Positions 10,370-18,505 of a stretch of 64,000 bases of DNA are shown piece after piece. The position numbers were made by a program, and so were the translations under genes. Position 1 is the stretch's first letter. Every line of letters starts with the position of its first letter. Origin of the DNA: a virus. Its lineage: Duplodnaviria; Heunggongvirae; Uroviricota; Caudoviricetes. The stretch lies in IMG/VR virus record IMGVR_UViG_3300001765_000035, positions 16,012 to 80,011 of that record. One strand, 5' to 3'. Below the pieces are notes generated by a model. The model was not told where the DNA came from and ran no database searches. It saw only the letters and a program-made list of their open reading frames with translations.

Positions 10370-10629
10370 TGTATTGTCTCCTGGTTTTTTGATTTAAGTG
10401 CTATGCACTTAGTAAAACTTCATAGAGGATCTCTTTTCTACAGTCTACCCACCAGACTTTTTCTAGGTAAGTTGGAGTACTTATGAAATTTTAATAAATG
10501 TATTATATAAAAGGATGTTGATATCCGGTGCCACTCCCCATATTTCTATGAGTTAAAACTCTCTGTTTCTTATGTAGTCCGCAAGTTTGCAGTGCGGTTT
10601 TAACACTGTCTTCAATCAACATCCTAATA

Positions 10630-10704
10630 GCGTAGTACCAAGATTCGAACTTGGATATCCACCTTTATCAGTGGTGATGCTTTAACCAATTAAGCTATAC
10701 TACG
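10630..10704 (-). tRNA. tRNA, anticodon read as GAU (Ile)
   Basis: Minus-strand cloverleaf folded by hand: 7-bp acceptor cgtagta/tactacg, D-stem gctt/aagc, T-arm ccaag-ttcgaat-cttgg, anticodon loop cTGATAa; anticodon stem has one mismatch. Confidence 0.5.
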
Positions 10705-10824
10705 TGCTTGCAGGGTTTCTTTCCCACCCTGTGAAAGTCTATCAGTTGTATTTTCTATGTCGAACCTTCCCCTGATATGTGACAAAACCTCACTACCGAT
10801 GCACCAGCGTGAGGAACTGTAGAT

Positions 10825-11493
10825 TTAGATAGTCCACTCATCTGCTTCATCAGCAGACGACTCAAGTAGTTTTATATGAGCATTGATATCAAACTCATCC
10901 ATATCTACTGAAGCAGGAAGATCTTCTTGTAATGTACGACATGGAAACTTCATAGTTTTCATATGTACTATACGTTTACTTGCTTTTACTTCGATGAATA
11001 TTGCTTCATCTGTTACAGATAACCAGCTACCGTTCTTACCGAAGTTTCCTGGTGCACTGATTTTATATTTAGCAGTATCTGTGTCATATTGACAATGTGA
11101 AGTAAATACAACATTGATACCTGCAGGGATAATCACATCTTCAAGATATGCGTTAAACTCCATGATGTCTTTACCAAGACCGGACCATACGTTAAAACCT
11201 GTAGCTTTTTCATTCCAATACTTTTCCATATTATTAGCAAGGTGAGTTACAGAATCTATTACAAGAGTTGCTGGTAATACTTGATATTTAGCTTCGTAGC
11301 TTTCTAATTTCTCTGCAATAGTTTCTAATAGTGGTTGAATTCCTGAATATTCAGAATACCTGAAGTGTGGGATCTTACCTCTAAACGCTTTGTTGTCTGT
11401 AGATAGTACTAGAGCATTCTCTAGTTTACTTATCAATGTAGTTTTTCCAGAATTCTCTAGTGCGACAATTCCTAATTTTATTCCATTTGCCAT
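10825..11493 (-). CDS. P-loop ATPase, RecA-like core (Sak4-like)
   Basis: Walker A ALENSGKTT near N-terminus, ~220 aa, beside nuclease/phosphoesterase genes. Confidence 0.5.
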   Translation of the reverse strand: MANGIKLGIVALENSGKTTLISKLENALVLSTDNKAFRGKIPHFRYSEYSGIQPLLETIAEKLESYEAKYQVLPATLVIDSVTHLANNMEKYWNEKATGFNVWSGLGKDIMEFNAYLEDVIIPAGINVVFTSHCQYDTDTAKYKISAPGNFGKNGSWLSVTDEAIFIEVKASKRIVHMKTMKFPCRTLQEDLPASVDMDEFDINAHIKLLESSADEADEWTI

Positions 11494-11545
11494 GTTATGT
11501 CCTCTTTCTTTTATATAATAGTAGTAGTAAAAACTACTACATGTA

Positions 11546-11932
11546 TTACATACTTGCTAATATAAGTATAATTAACAAGTAATGTGTTAGATGATGTACC
11601 ATCTGATCAAATCCTAATGACCACCAGAAGTATCGGTTGTCAGGAGTAAATCTACCAAGTAAATTTGGGCTAGCTTTGATTCGATCCATAGTAATATGTA
11701 AAACGAAGTCTAACATAGCTAAACTTAAGGCAGTGTTAATTCCGACGAATAGTATGGATATTATGAATGTCCCTATTGCGTGTACACTTCCATGTGATAC
11801 CAATGGTAGTACCCATTCTGTCCCACCTTTAAATTTACCAAGCATGTACTGTCCTTGAAGAGGAAAGTCTGCTATAAAATGTTTAAGTTGGAATAGTAGT
11901 AGTAACGTAAATATAGTTACAACCATTAACAA
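11546..11932 (-). CDS. integral membrane protein (128 aa)
   Basis: Several hydrophobic helices. Confidence 0.5.
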   Translation of the reverse strand: MLMVVTIFTLLLLFQLKHFIADFPLQGQYMLGKFKGGTEWVLPLVSHGSVHAIGTFIISILFVGINTALSLAMLDFVLHITMDRIKASPNLLGRFTPDNRYFWWSLGFDQMVHHLTHYLLIILILASM

Positions 11933-12681
11933 TTCTTTAATTGCATTGATTTAAACAATAAGTAGTTTAGTTCAGGATTTGATCTTGATAGCAAAATTGT
12001 ATCTGCAATAATTTCTAGTACATTTTCAATAGCTTCATAGTCTTCTTTACCTATTACTTTTGTTACTTTAAAGAGTCTTACACCCATAGTTTTTGTAGGT
12101 CTTACGACGTACACTAAACGTATCTTGTCAATCTCAATACCTTCTTTTTGTAACATCCAAGCATAAGCCATAAGCTGTATGTAGTAGTTCCAAGGAATCT
12201 TTTCTGAATTTGGTTTTATAGATACGTTTTTGTAATCTACTATAATAGTATTTGTTCTATTATCAAATGTACCAGCTACATAAACTCCGTCTTTTACTTC
12301 GTGATACATACTTCGTTCTACTTCAGTAGGTTTGTTAAGTTTAATATACTCATTGATAAGTGTTGAAGCCATGTCCGGGTATAGTTCACGTATTTCTTTA
12401 ACATTTACATCTGTATTAAACATATGTTTTGTAAGATAACCTTCTACTAAATCTCTACTAGTCTCTTCGCCTTTTGCGTATAGCTCTGCTAGTCCGTGTA
12501 CAATAGAACCTAATACAGATGCTGTATTACCTTTGAATTGTGTTTCTCCTAGTACTTGATCCTTATACCATATGATAGGTAGTTCAAAGAACTTACTAAT
12601 TGATGATGGTGATATCTTAAAGATACAGTCTTCAGGCAATGGTACTTTGACGTGGTCAAATATTGTTGAGGTTTTGCTCAT
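11926..12681 (-). CDS. hypothetical protein; possible PD-(D/E)XK-type nuclease
   Basis: 251 aa; VDYK-containing segment; genomic context only, weak. Confidence 0.45.
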   Translation of the reverse strand: MSKTSTIFDHVKVPLPEDCIFKISPSSISKFFELPIIWYKDQVLGETQFKGNTASVLGSIVHGLAELYAKGEETSRDLVEGYLTKHMFNTDVNVKEIRELYPDMASTLINEYIKLNKPTEVERSMYHEVKDGVYVAGTFDNRTNTIIVDYKNVSIKPNSEKIPWNYYIQLMAYAWMLQKEGIEIDKIRLVYVVRPTKTMGVRLFKVTKVIGKEDYEAIENVLEIIADTILLSRSNPELNYLLFKSMQLKNC

Positions 12682-13174
12682 TTCGATCCTTTCTTTCTTG
12701 TATGATTTTGTTTATTTCCTGACGATCTATTGGAGTATAATTAGTATTTTCCAATGATACGTTGAAGTATCGATCATCAGGTAATGTTTGTGCGTGTACA
12801 TGGCCATGTATGTTTATTTTTCCACGAAGTTCTTCTGGATGGATAGGTGCATGTGATAGCCAAGCCTTCTTTTTTGAAGTTAATGCATATATTCTATCGA
12901 ATACTCCAAAGAAATCTTCTAATCGTAAGAAGTCTGTATCGTGGTTACCTACTACTAGTATTTTATAGCCTGGTAGTTCTTGTATGATAGGTAGATAGTC
13001 TTTATGAAAAACTATATCACCATGAAAATATACAGTATCTCTACGTGTAATAGTTTTCATGTAGTTTTCAATAATAGTATTATCATGCTCTTCGATCGTA
13101 GTAAAGTCTTCACGATATTTTAATATATTTTTATGACCGAAATGCCAATCGGCTGTGTGAAATACTTTAGACAT
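12656..13174 (-). CDS. calcineurin-like metallophosphoesterase
   Basis: ADWHFGH, GDIVFH, GNHD, GHVH metal-ligand motifs in canonical order. Confidence 0.7.
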   Translation of the reverse strand: MSKVFHTADWHFGHKNILKYREDFTTIEEHDNTIIENYMKTITRRDTVYFHGDIVFHKDYLPIIQELPGYKILVVGNHDTDFLRLEDFFGVFDRIYALTSKKKAWLSHAPIHPEELRGKINIHGHVHAQTLPDDRYFNVSLENTNYTPIDRQEINKIIQERKDRNEQNLNNI

Positions 13175-13195
13175 GTTGTTCCTTTCTGGTAGTAA

Positions 13196-13549
13196 TTACC
13201 ACCATAATTTATTGTACCATTCCCCAAGAAGAACCCAAGCTTTACTTATTTTTTCACAGTTTTCTTTATTAAGGTCATCACCATTTGCTGCAAGTTTAAA
13301 ACCTTCTATCATTTCTTCAAGTGCTTGTCTGAATCCTTCATGAGCATCTATATCAATTATCTTATCGGATAATTCATAAAACGATACAAGTCGTGGGTAT
13401 AAAAATTTAGCGGTAGAATGATCTAATGACCATGTTACAGTATCATCAAAACCTTTTTCTTCGTACTGTTTTTTAAATTTTTTAAGACGTTTCTTTCCAA
13501 GTTTTTTATTTGCATAACCTACATACGCTGGATGTTTATAGAATTTCAT
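13196..13549 (-). CDS. hypothetical protein
   Basis: ORF. Confidence 0.5.
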   Translation of the reverse strand: MKFYKHPAYVGYANKKLGKKRLKKFKKQYEEKGFDDTVTWSLDHSTAKFLYPRLVSFYELSDKIIDIDAHEGFRQALEEMIEGFKLAANGDDLNKENCEKISKAWVLLGEWYNKLWW

Positions 13550-13824
13550 GTAAGACTCCTTAACAAATTTTCTTTTTCGTATGTTTCAGAATGTTCTATT
13601 AGGCTTAGTGTTAAGTTTACGGCTATTCGTCGTGAGAGACGATCTACAAGCTGTTCTACTAAAGGTTCTTCTGAATATTTATCTATAACAAAGGAACCTG
13701 TTACTCTATCTGTTCCAAATATGTAAACATAATCACATACTTCATCGTACATTTTTTGGTATATATTAACCATAAGCTCTCCTTGGAGAGGTTTTAGTTC
13801 ATACTTATGTAAACCTTCTTTCAT
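13546..13824 (-). CDS. hypothetical protein
   Basis: ORF with overlapping start/stop with neighbours. Confidence 0.5.
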   Translation of the reverse strand: MKEGLHKYELKPLQGELMVNIYQKMYDEVCDYVYIFGTDRVTGSFVIDKYSEEPLVEQLVDRLSRRIAVNLTLSLIEHSETYEKENLLRSLT

Positions 13825-13982
13825 GTATTTTCCTTTTTTGTATTAGGGCAATAGTCCTCACAAGTACCTGTAAGTTCTACAAACGTATAGAGGTCTTGTA
13901 TTAAACAAAAACCTTTGTCTAATCGTATACCATTTATATCCATAGTTTCATAGTATATGCAATTTTTGCATACTTCTTTCAT
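13821..13982 (-). CDS. small Cys-rich protein (53 aa, CxxC..C..C..CxxxC)
   Basis: Hand-translated MKEVCKNCIYYETMDINGIRLDKGFCLIQDLYTFVELTGTCEDYCPNTKKENT; ATGA overlaps on both ends (with polymerase stop and with next gene start). Confidence 0.5.
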   Translation of the reverse strand: MKEVCKNCIYYETMDINGIRLDKGFCLIQDLYTFVELTGTCEDYCPNTKKENT

Positions 13983-15808
13983 GCAATCCCTTTTAACATT
14001 TCTTTTATTTCTTCTATAGTAGCTTTTTGACTTAGTTGTTGTAAACTAGACCAATCCATTCCTATTTCACCAGTAGCTTCATTCTTTACGATTTGATTAT
14101 CTATAAAGTCTGTAGCCATAATAGATGTTATATTATCGTTTAGCCACTTAATAACTTCTGAATCACGTTTTACTATAAAGTAAATAGAGTCGTATATTGT
14201 AGATGTTACTTGTATTTTATCAGACCATCCTTTCTCATCAATGAGAGTATGTATCTTATTAATAGCTAATGCTGTTAGTATAGACCAGAACTGGCATGTT
14301 GCATTATTAAGTGTTCGAATATCCTTATCCGGATTATCTGTACTTATATAGAAGCCCATACCTAAATGTATTCTACGATTTTGTTCAGCTGTAGTTAAAA
14401 CATAGTTTTCTCTATAGTGAGTTATGCCCGGATATAGCATATAGTGGTAATTTTCAAAGATTGTTGTAGCTTCTCCTAGGGAGATCTTTAAAGACTTAGC
14501 CACTTTAGGTGGATAGGCACCGTAGCTTAGACCGAATGTAGCAGGCTTACCTTTTTGTCTGATAGCTTTTAGTTCTTTATGCCCTTCTTCAACAAGTCTG
14601 AAAAATTCCTTAACATCTGTAGTTGTATCTCCAGTGATAGGCATATACTGTGCTATCTCATCTTTAAAATACCCATAAGCATTTAAGCAATGGCCATCTA
14701 GATTTTCTAGGAATACATTACATTTATTTGTGTCTTTAGTTAGTGATGCTATTACACGGTCTTCTAATGCTGAGTAGTCTATTGCATATACTATATAATC
14801 TTCTGGAGCAATGAAGCATCGTTTGATCGGTTTAGCATAGATAGAACCTGTAGAAGGTGCATTAAGCATGTTTGGACTATTAGATGTATATCTACCTGAT
14901 TTTGCTCCAAGTAGCTTATATTGACCGTATAGACGTCCATCAATAGTATACTTATAGAATGCGTTGATAAAATTGTTACGTACAATAGCTGCAAATGAAT
15001 GATCAATAAATGCTTGATAAAGTTCAAGTAATATAGGATCAGTCTCTGTGCGTTGTAATTCTTCGATAGGTTCTCTTCCCCAAGACGCTTCACCGGTATC
15101 TTTAGAAAATTCTATAGGATCTATACCCATATACTCAAAGAACTCACGTTTTTGTGTAGATGATCCCGGATTAAACGGTTTCATAATATTGTTAAAACTA
15201 ATGTCTGTTACTTGATCATGATATGATTTATTCCAGATAATAACCTTATGTTCTGCAAGACGTTGCATAGCAAGCATAGCAGTAGGTTCTGTAGGTTTAA
15301 TGCCTTTATTTAAAAGACGTTTAATCTCATGGTGTTCAATAGCAAATGGTTTAACATCTCTGACTGACCATTTAGGTACACCAGGAAGTATTTCTTCTAA
15401 AGGTGTAATTACATCATACATGTCTTCGGCATGTTGTTCCATAAATATAAGCATGTAAAAACTACGGTGTGTCATATTTGAAGCATCAAATTCTTTTAGA
15501 TAGTATGCCGTATCTCTCATTTTAGATTCGATTTCTGCTTTAAGTTCAGCAGCTACTAAAGGAAATTTCTGTTCAAGAAATGCTTTTACGTACGTATTTT
15601 GGTTGATAGTTGTTTGTACTTGTTCAAGTATTGTATCTAATTGTTGTTCTAGTTCGTATACTCTATTAAGATCAATCGGTAAACCGTTGTGCATAATTCT
15701 AACAGTATCTTTAACAAGAGGTTTAGCTACATTTTCATAAAACCACCCTAATGGAATTTCATCATTACGAGGTTCTGGTAAAGGTAGTAGATCAATTGGT
15801 GGTATCAT
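13979..15808 (-). CDS. polA: DNA polymerase, family A (polymerase domain only)
   Basis: Motif A IDYSALEDRV and motif B RQKGKPATFGLSYGA (R..K....G..YG); 609 aa, no exonuclease domain in the same ORF. Confidence 0.85.
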   Translation of the reverse strand: MIPPIDLLPLPEPRNDEIPLGWFYENVAKPLVKDTVRIMHNGLPIDLNRVYELEQQLDTILEQVQTTINQNTYVKAFLEQKFPLVAAELKAEIESKMRDTAYYLKEFDASNMTHRSFYMLIFMEQHAEDMYDVITPLEEILPGVPKWSVRDVKPFAIEHHEIKRLLNKGIKPTEPTAMLAMQRLAEHKVIIWNKSYHDQVTDISFNNIMKPFNPGSSTQKREFFEYMGIDPIEFSKDTGEASWGREPIEELQRTETDPILLELYQAFIDHSFAAIVRNNFINAFYKYTIDGRLYGQYKLLGAKSGRYTSNSPNMLNAPSTGSIYAKPIKRCFIAPEDYIVYAIDYSALEDRVIASLTKDTNKCNVFLENLDGHCLNAYGYFKDEIAQYMPITGDTTTDVKEFFRLVEEGHKELKAIRQKGKPATFGLSYGAYPPKVAKSLKISLGEATTIFENYHYMLYPGITHYRENYVLTTAEQNRRIHLGMGFYISTDNPDKDIRTLNNATCQFWSILTALAINKIHTLIDEKGWSDKIQVTSTIYDSIYFIVKRDSEVIKWLNDNITSIMATDFIDNQIVKNEATGEIGMDWSSLQQLSQKATIEEIKEMLKGIA

Positions 15809-16260
15809 ATATGATCCTTTTCATTAAATAAATTTCTTACTTTCATTAGTAGTTTACCTAAATAGTTACTGCCTATGCCTTTACAAGTTCCCCAGTATGT
15901 ATCGTTCCAATCGTTACGTTCTTCGATATGCTCATCACCCGTAGCTATTAACTTAGAAAGTAATTCTGTGTGTTGAGAAAATTTAGCTAATAATGCTACA
16001 AGCATTACTTCAAGTTTTATATCATCCCAATCAGTTCGTATTAATTTAACATTAAGTCTAGATAACTTCTTAGCTTCTTTAGGAGTACAACTTTCAATTT
16101 GTTTAGCAAGTTGTTTATCTGTAGTAATGAACTTCATTGACATATAGTAGTTTTCTGAACTGCTGTAAGTTATTCCGTCTATTACTATTTTACAGAAATA
16201 CATATTAGATAAATATTGTTTTTCGTTTTTAAATTCGATGTTATCTAAATTAAAACTCAT
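15805..16260 (-). CDS. NADAR-domain (YbiA-like) protein
   Basis: FKNEKQYLSNMYF...IDGITYSSSENYYMSMKF resembles the NADAR/DUF1768 signature. Confidence 0.45.
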   Translation of the reverse strand: MSFNLDNIEFKNEKQYLSNMYFCKIVIDGITYSSSENYYMSMKFITTDKQLAKQIESCTPKEAKKLSRLNVKLIRTDWDDIKLEVMLVALLAKFSQHTELLSKLIATGDEHIEERNDWNDTYWGTCKGIGSNYLGKLLMKVRNLFNEKDHI

Positions 16261-16940
16261 GCAGATACTTCTGCATCATACTTAAGTTCTGTAAGTGTTG
16301 ATTGTATTTCTTCCCATAAAGCAAATGTAGCGCATGAATCAATTGCAGCATATTTAATCAAACCTTCATCAAACATGTTGTCTAAATTGAAGTTTTCGGC
16401 AGATACCGCCCAATCTCCATACTTATAACCCATTAGATGTTTAAGACCTACTTTAGCTTCCAGTATATTTACATGATTTAACATAGTCTTTGAGAGTACT
16501 TCTGTGTCCTCATAATTTAAAGGAAATTTACCTGTATGATATAGGATATGTTTACCATCAAAGGATAGATTATGCCATATTTGTTTACGTGTAGTATTAG
16601 CTAACCACTTAAGTACTAGCATACGATGATGATCGCTAGGTAATACAGCTACAAATGCATCTGTAGGACTCCAGGCTATAGAGAAGTGTGTGACATAGGT
16701 TAATGAAGGGTGTGATAAACCTGTAGATTCTATATATTGTCGTATCTGACGTTTATCTTCACGATCAATATCTTCATCATGCTCTTTTAAATATTCTTTC
16801 ATGATTTCTTTTTCAGAATCAGTCCATTTAGATGCTGTTTCAAAATCACATGCAACTATATCAGGCATACTATTTAGTGTTTGCATGATATTATAAAGGT
16901 TACTTGAATAAGTATGTGTTATAGGTATTACGAATTGCAT
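16257..16940 (-). CDS. DEDDy 3'-5' exonuclease (separately encoded proofreading domain)
   Basis: Exo I ACDFETAS and Exo III YAAIDS motifs; 227 aa. Confidence 0.7.
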   Translation of the reverse strand: MQFVIPITHTYSSNLYNIMQTLNSMPDIVACDFETASKWTDSEKEIMKEYLKEHDEDIDREDKRQIRQYIESTGLSHPSLTYVTHFSIAWSPTDAFVAVLPSDHHRMLVLKWLANTTRKQIWHNLSFDGKHILYHTGKFPLNYEDTEVLSKTMLNHVNILEAKVGLKHLMGYKYGDWAVSAENFNLDNMFDEGLIKYAAIDSCATFALWEEIQSTLTELKYDAEVSA

Positions 16941-16949
16941 GTAAATCCT

Positions 16950-17312
16950 TTATAGTTTTTTTGTAAATAAGTATCTTACTCGTTGTAAGAAAGAAGCATT
17001 TATGAAGCTGTGTAATTTTTTAACGTAGTATGAATTATTTGCTTGTAAACTATAAATACTTTCACGTTGATCATCAAATACATCAAAAGGTATATGAAAT
17101 GCTGCTTTTGCAGCTTCAGACCATCCGATTACATATTCGATACCTCTAGCATCTCTAAATCTTTCACCACGTATCATTTCTGTTGTTACGTTTACCTTCA
17201 TATTAGGTTGGTCTAATCTAGGCAGTGTAAAGCTATCTGGGTTATAGTGTTCTATATAAGCAACTGCTTTATCTGGAACATCTACTACGACTATTTCTGT
17301 TATAAGTAACAT
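16950..17312 (-). CDS. hypothetical protein
   Basis: ORF. Confidence 0.5.
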   Translation of the reverse strand: MLLITEIVVVDVPDKAVAYIEHYNPDSFTLPRLDQPNMKVNVTTEMIRGERFRDARGIEYVIGWSEAAKAAFHIPFDVFDDQRESIYSLQANNSYYVKKLHSFINASFLQRVRYLFTKKL

Positions 17313-17321
17313 AAGTATCCT

Positions 17322-17777
17322 TTAGTAGGTTTTTCTAAGATAGTGTGCAATACCTAATGCATCACATCTACCATCGAGTAATCCGCCTTTAGGTCCGTTT
17401 AGTTGAGCTTGTGGATAGATTTTAGATATAGCTTCGTACGTACCTTTTTTACCTGATTTTGGAACAACTCCACATAGTTTTTGCCATTCTTGTGGGCGTA
17501 CTTCTACGTAGCCTATTTCAAGTGTTTGTAGCATACCTTCAAGTTCTCCTACACGTCTACCTAAAGACAGCATGGATGAGACTCCTTGGCCCGGCATAGC
17601 TCTCACTTTCTCGATAGCAATCATTGTAGGAATTTCATCTGCAAGTATTTCTTTAAACTCTTTAATATACCCAGTAAGTCCTTGATACTTAAAGTCAATA
17701 AATACGACATGGTTTTCTTCGGTCAGTATACACATAGCCCCGGATGCTCCGGGATCAATTCCAATCCAAAACTTCAT
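17322..17777 (-). CDS. ruvC: RuvC-like Holliday junction resolvase
   Basis: N-terminal KFWIGIDPGASGAM motif characteristic of the RuvC/RNase H-like fold; 151 aa. Confidence 0.65.
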   Translation of the reverse strand: MKFWIGIDPGASGAMCILTEENHVVFIDFKYQGLTGYIKEFKEILADEIPTMIAIEKVRAMPGQGVSSMLSLGRRVGELEGMLQTLEIGYVEVRPQEWQKLCGVVPKSGKKGTYEAISKIYPQAQLNGPKGGLLDGRCDALGIAHYLRKTY

Positions 17778-18505
17778 AGCAATCCCTTTCTGTAGCTACT
17801 AATATACTCATGCATAACAATGTTATCTAGAGTTTCATAGTCTACTGGTTGTTGTTCGTATGTAAGTTTCTTTTCTTCGTAAATAGCGTCAAGACGTTTT
17901 ATGTAATCGTTTTTAAGTAAACCTGCTGCTTCGATAGGTAAAGAACCTCGTTTAATAGCAATAAGCCTTTCTCGTTCGTTTCCTTCGTAAGCAACAACAT
18001 TTTCACCTGATTCTAATACATCTACAAGACGTATGATGTGATGTAGTTGCTTAGGATCATATCCGTATTTTTCTACTATTGAAGCTCTACTTGGGTAAAG
18101 TTTACTAAAAGCATGTACTTTTTCCATAGTCATACCTTTTAAAGCAGAAGGATTCACTTTATAGTTTTTGAACATATCAAGTGATTTACCTATTTTATAC
18201 TTTGTTTGACACACTTCAATCCATTGAGGATTACCTTTAGCGACAATTTCTGCAAAAGTATATATGTTATGACATGTAATCTCGCCTGTAGGAAAGGTGT
18301 ACTTATATGATTCATTCTTACGAAGATCTGCAAGTGTAGGTATAATAATAGCATTTGCATCTATATCTGATTCATCATCATCTAGATTGTAATTCTGAGA
18401 GCCTTTAAGCATAACAGCGTATACTGTATGCCCCTGTGACTCTAGATGTTTTCGATAATCATGAAGAGTATCTATAATTGTTCGATATTTTTCTGTTTTA
18501 TTCAT
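17774..18505 (-). CDS. Pol-beta-superfamily nucleotidyltransferase
   Basis: GSQNYNLDDDESDIDA matches the GS...DxD NTase motif; 243 aa. Confidence 0.5.
   Translation of the reverse strand: MNKTEKYRTIIDTLHDYRKHLESQGHTVYAVMLKGSQNYNLDDDESDIDANAIIIPTLADLRKNESYKYTFPTGEITCHNIYTFAEIVAKGNPQWIEVCQTKYKIGKSLDMFKNYKVNPSALKGMTMEKVHAFSKLYPSRASIVEKYGYDPKQLHHIIRLVDVLESGENVVAYEGNERERLIAIKRGSLPIEAAGLLKNDYIKRLDAIYEEKKLTYEQQPVDYETLDNIVMHEYISSYRKGLL

Noticed and set aside
10440-10630. Additional tRNA immediately left of the minus-strand tRNA at 10630..10704
   Set aside because: No T-loop GTTC-type motif or acceptor pairing could be found. The region instead shows a 10-bp inverted repeat with an internal hairpin (reported as a finding).
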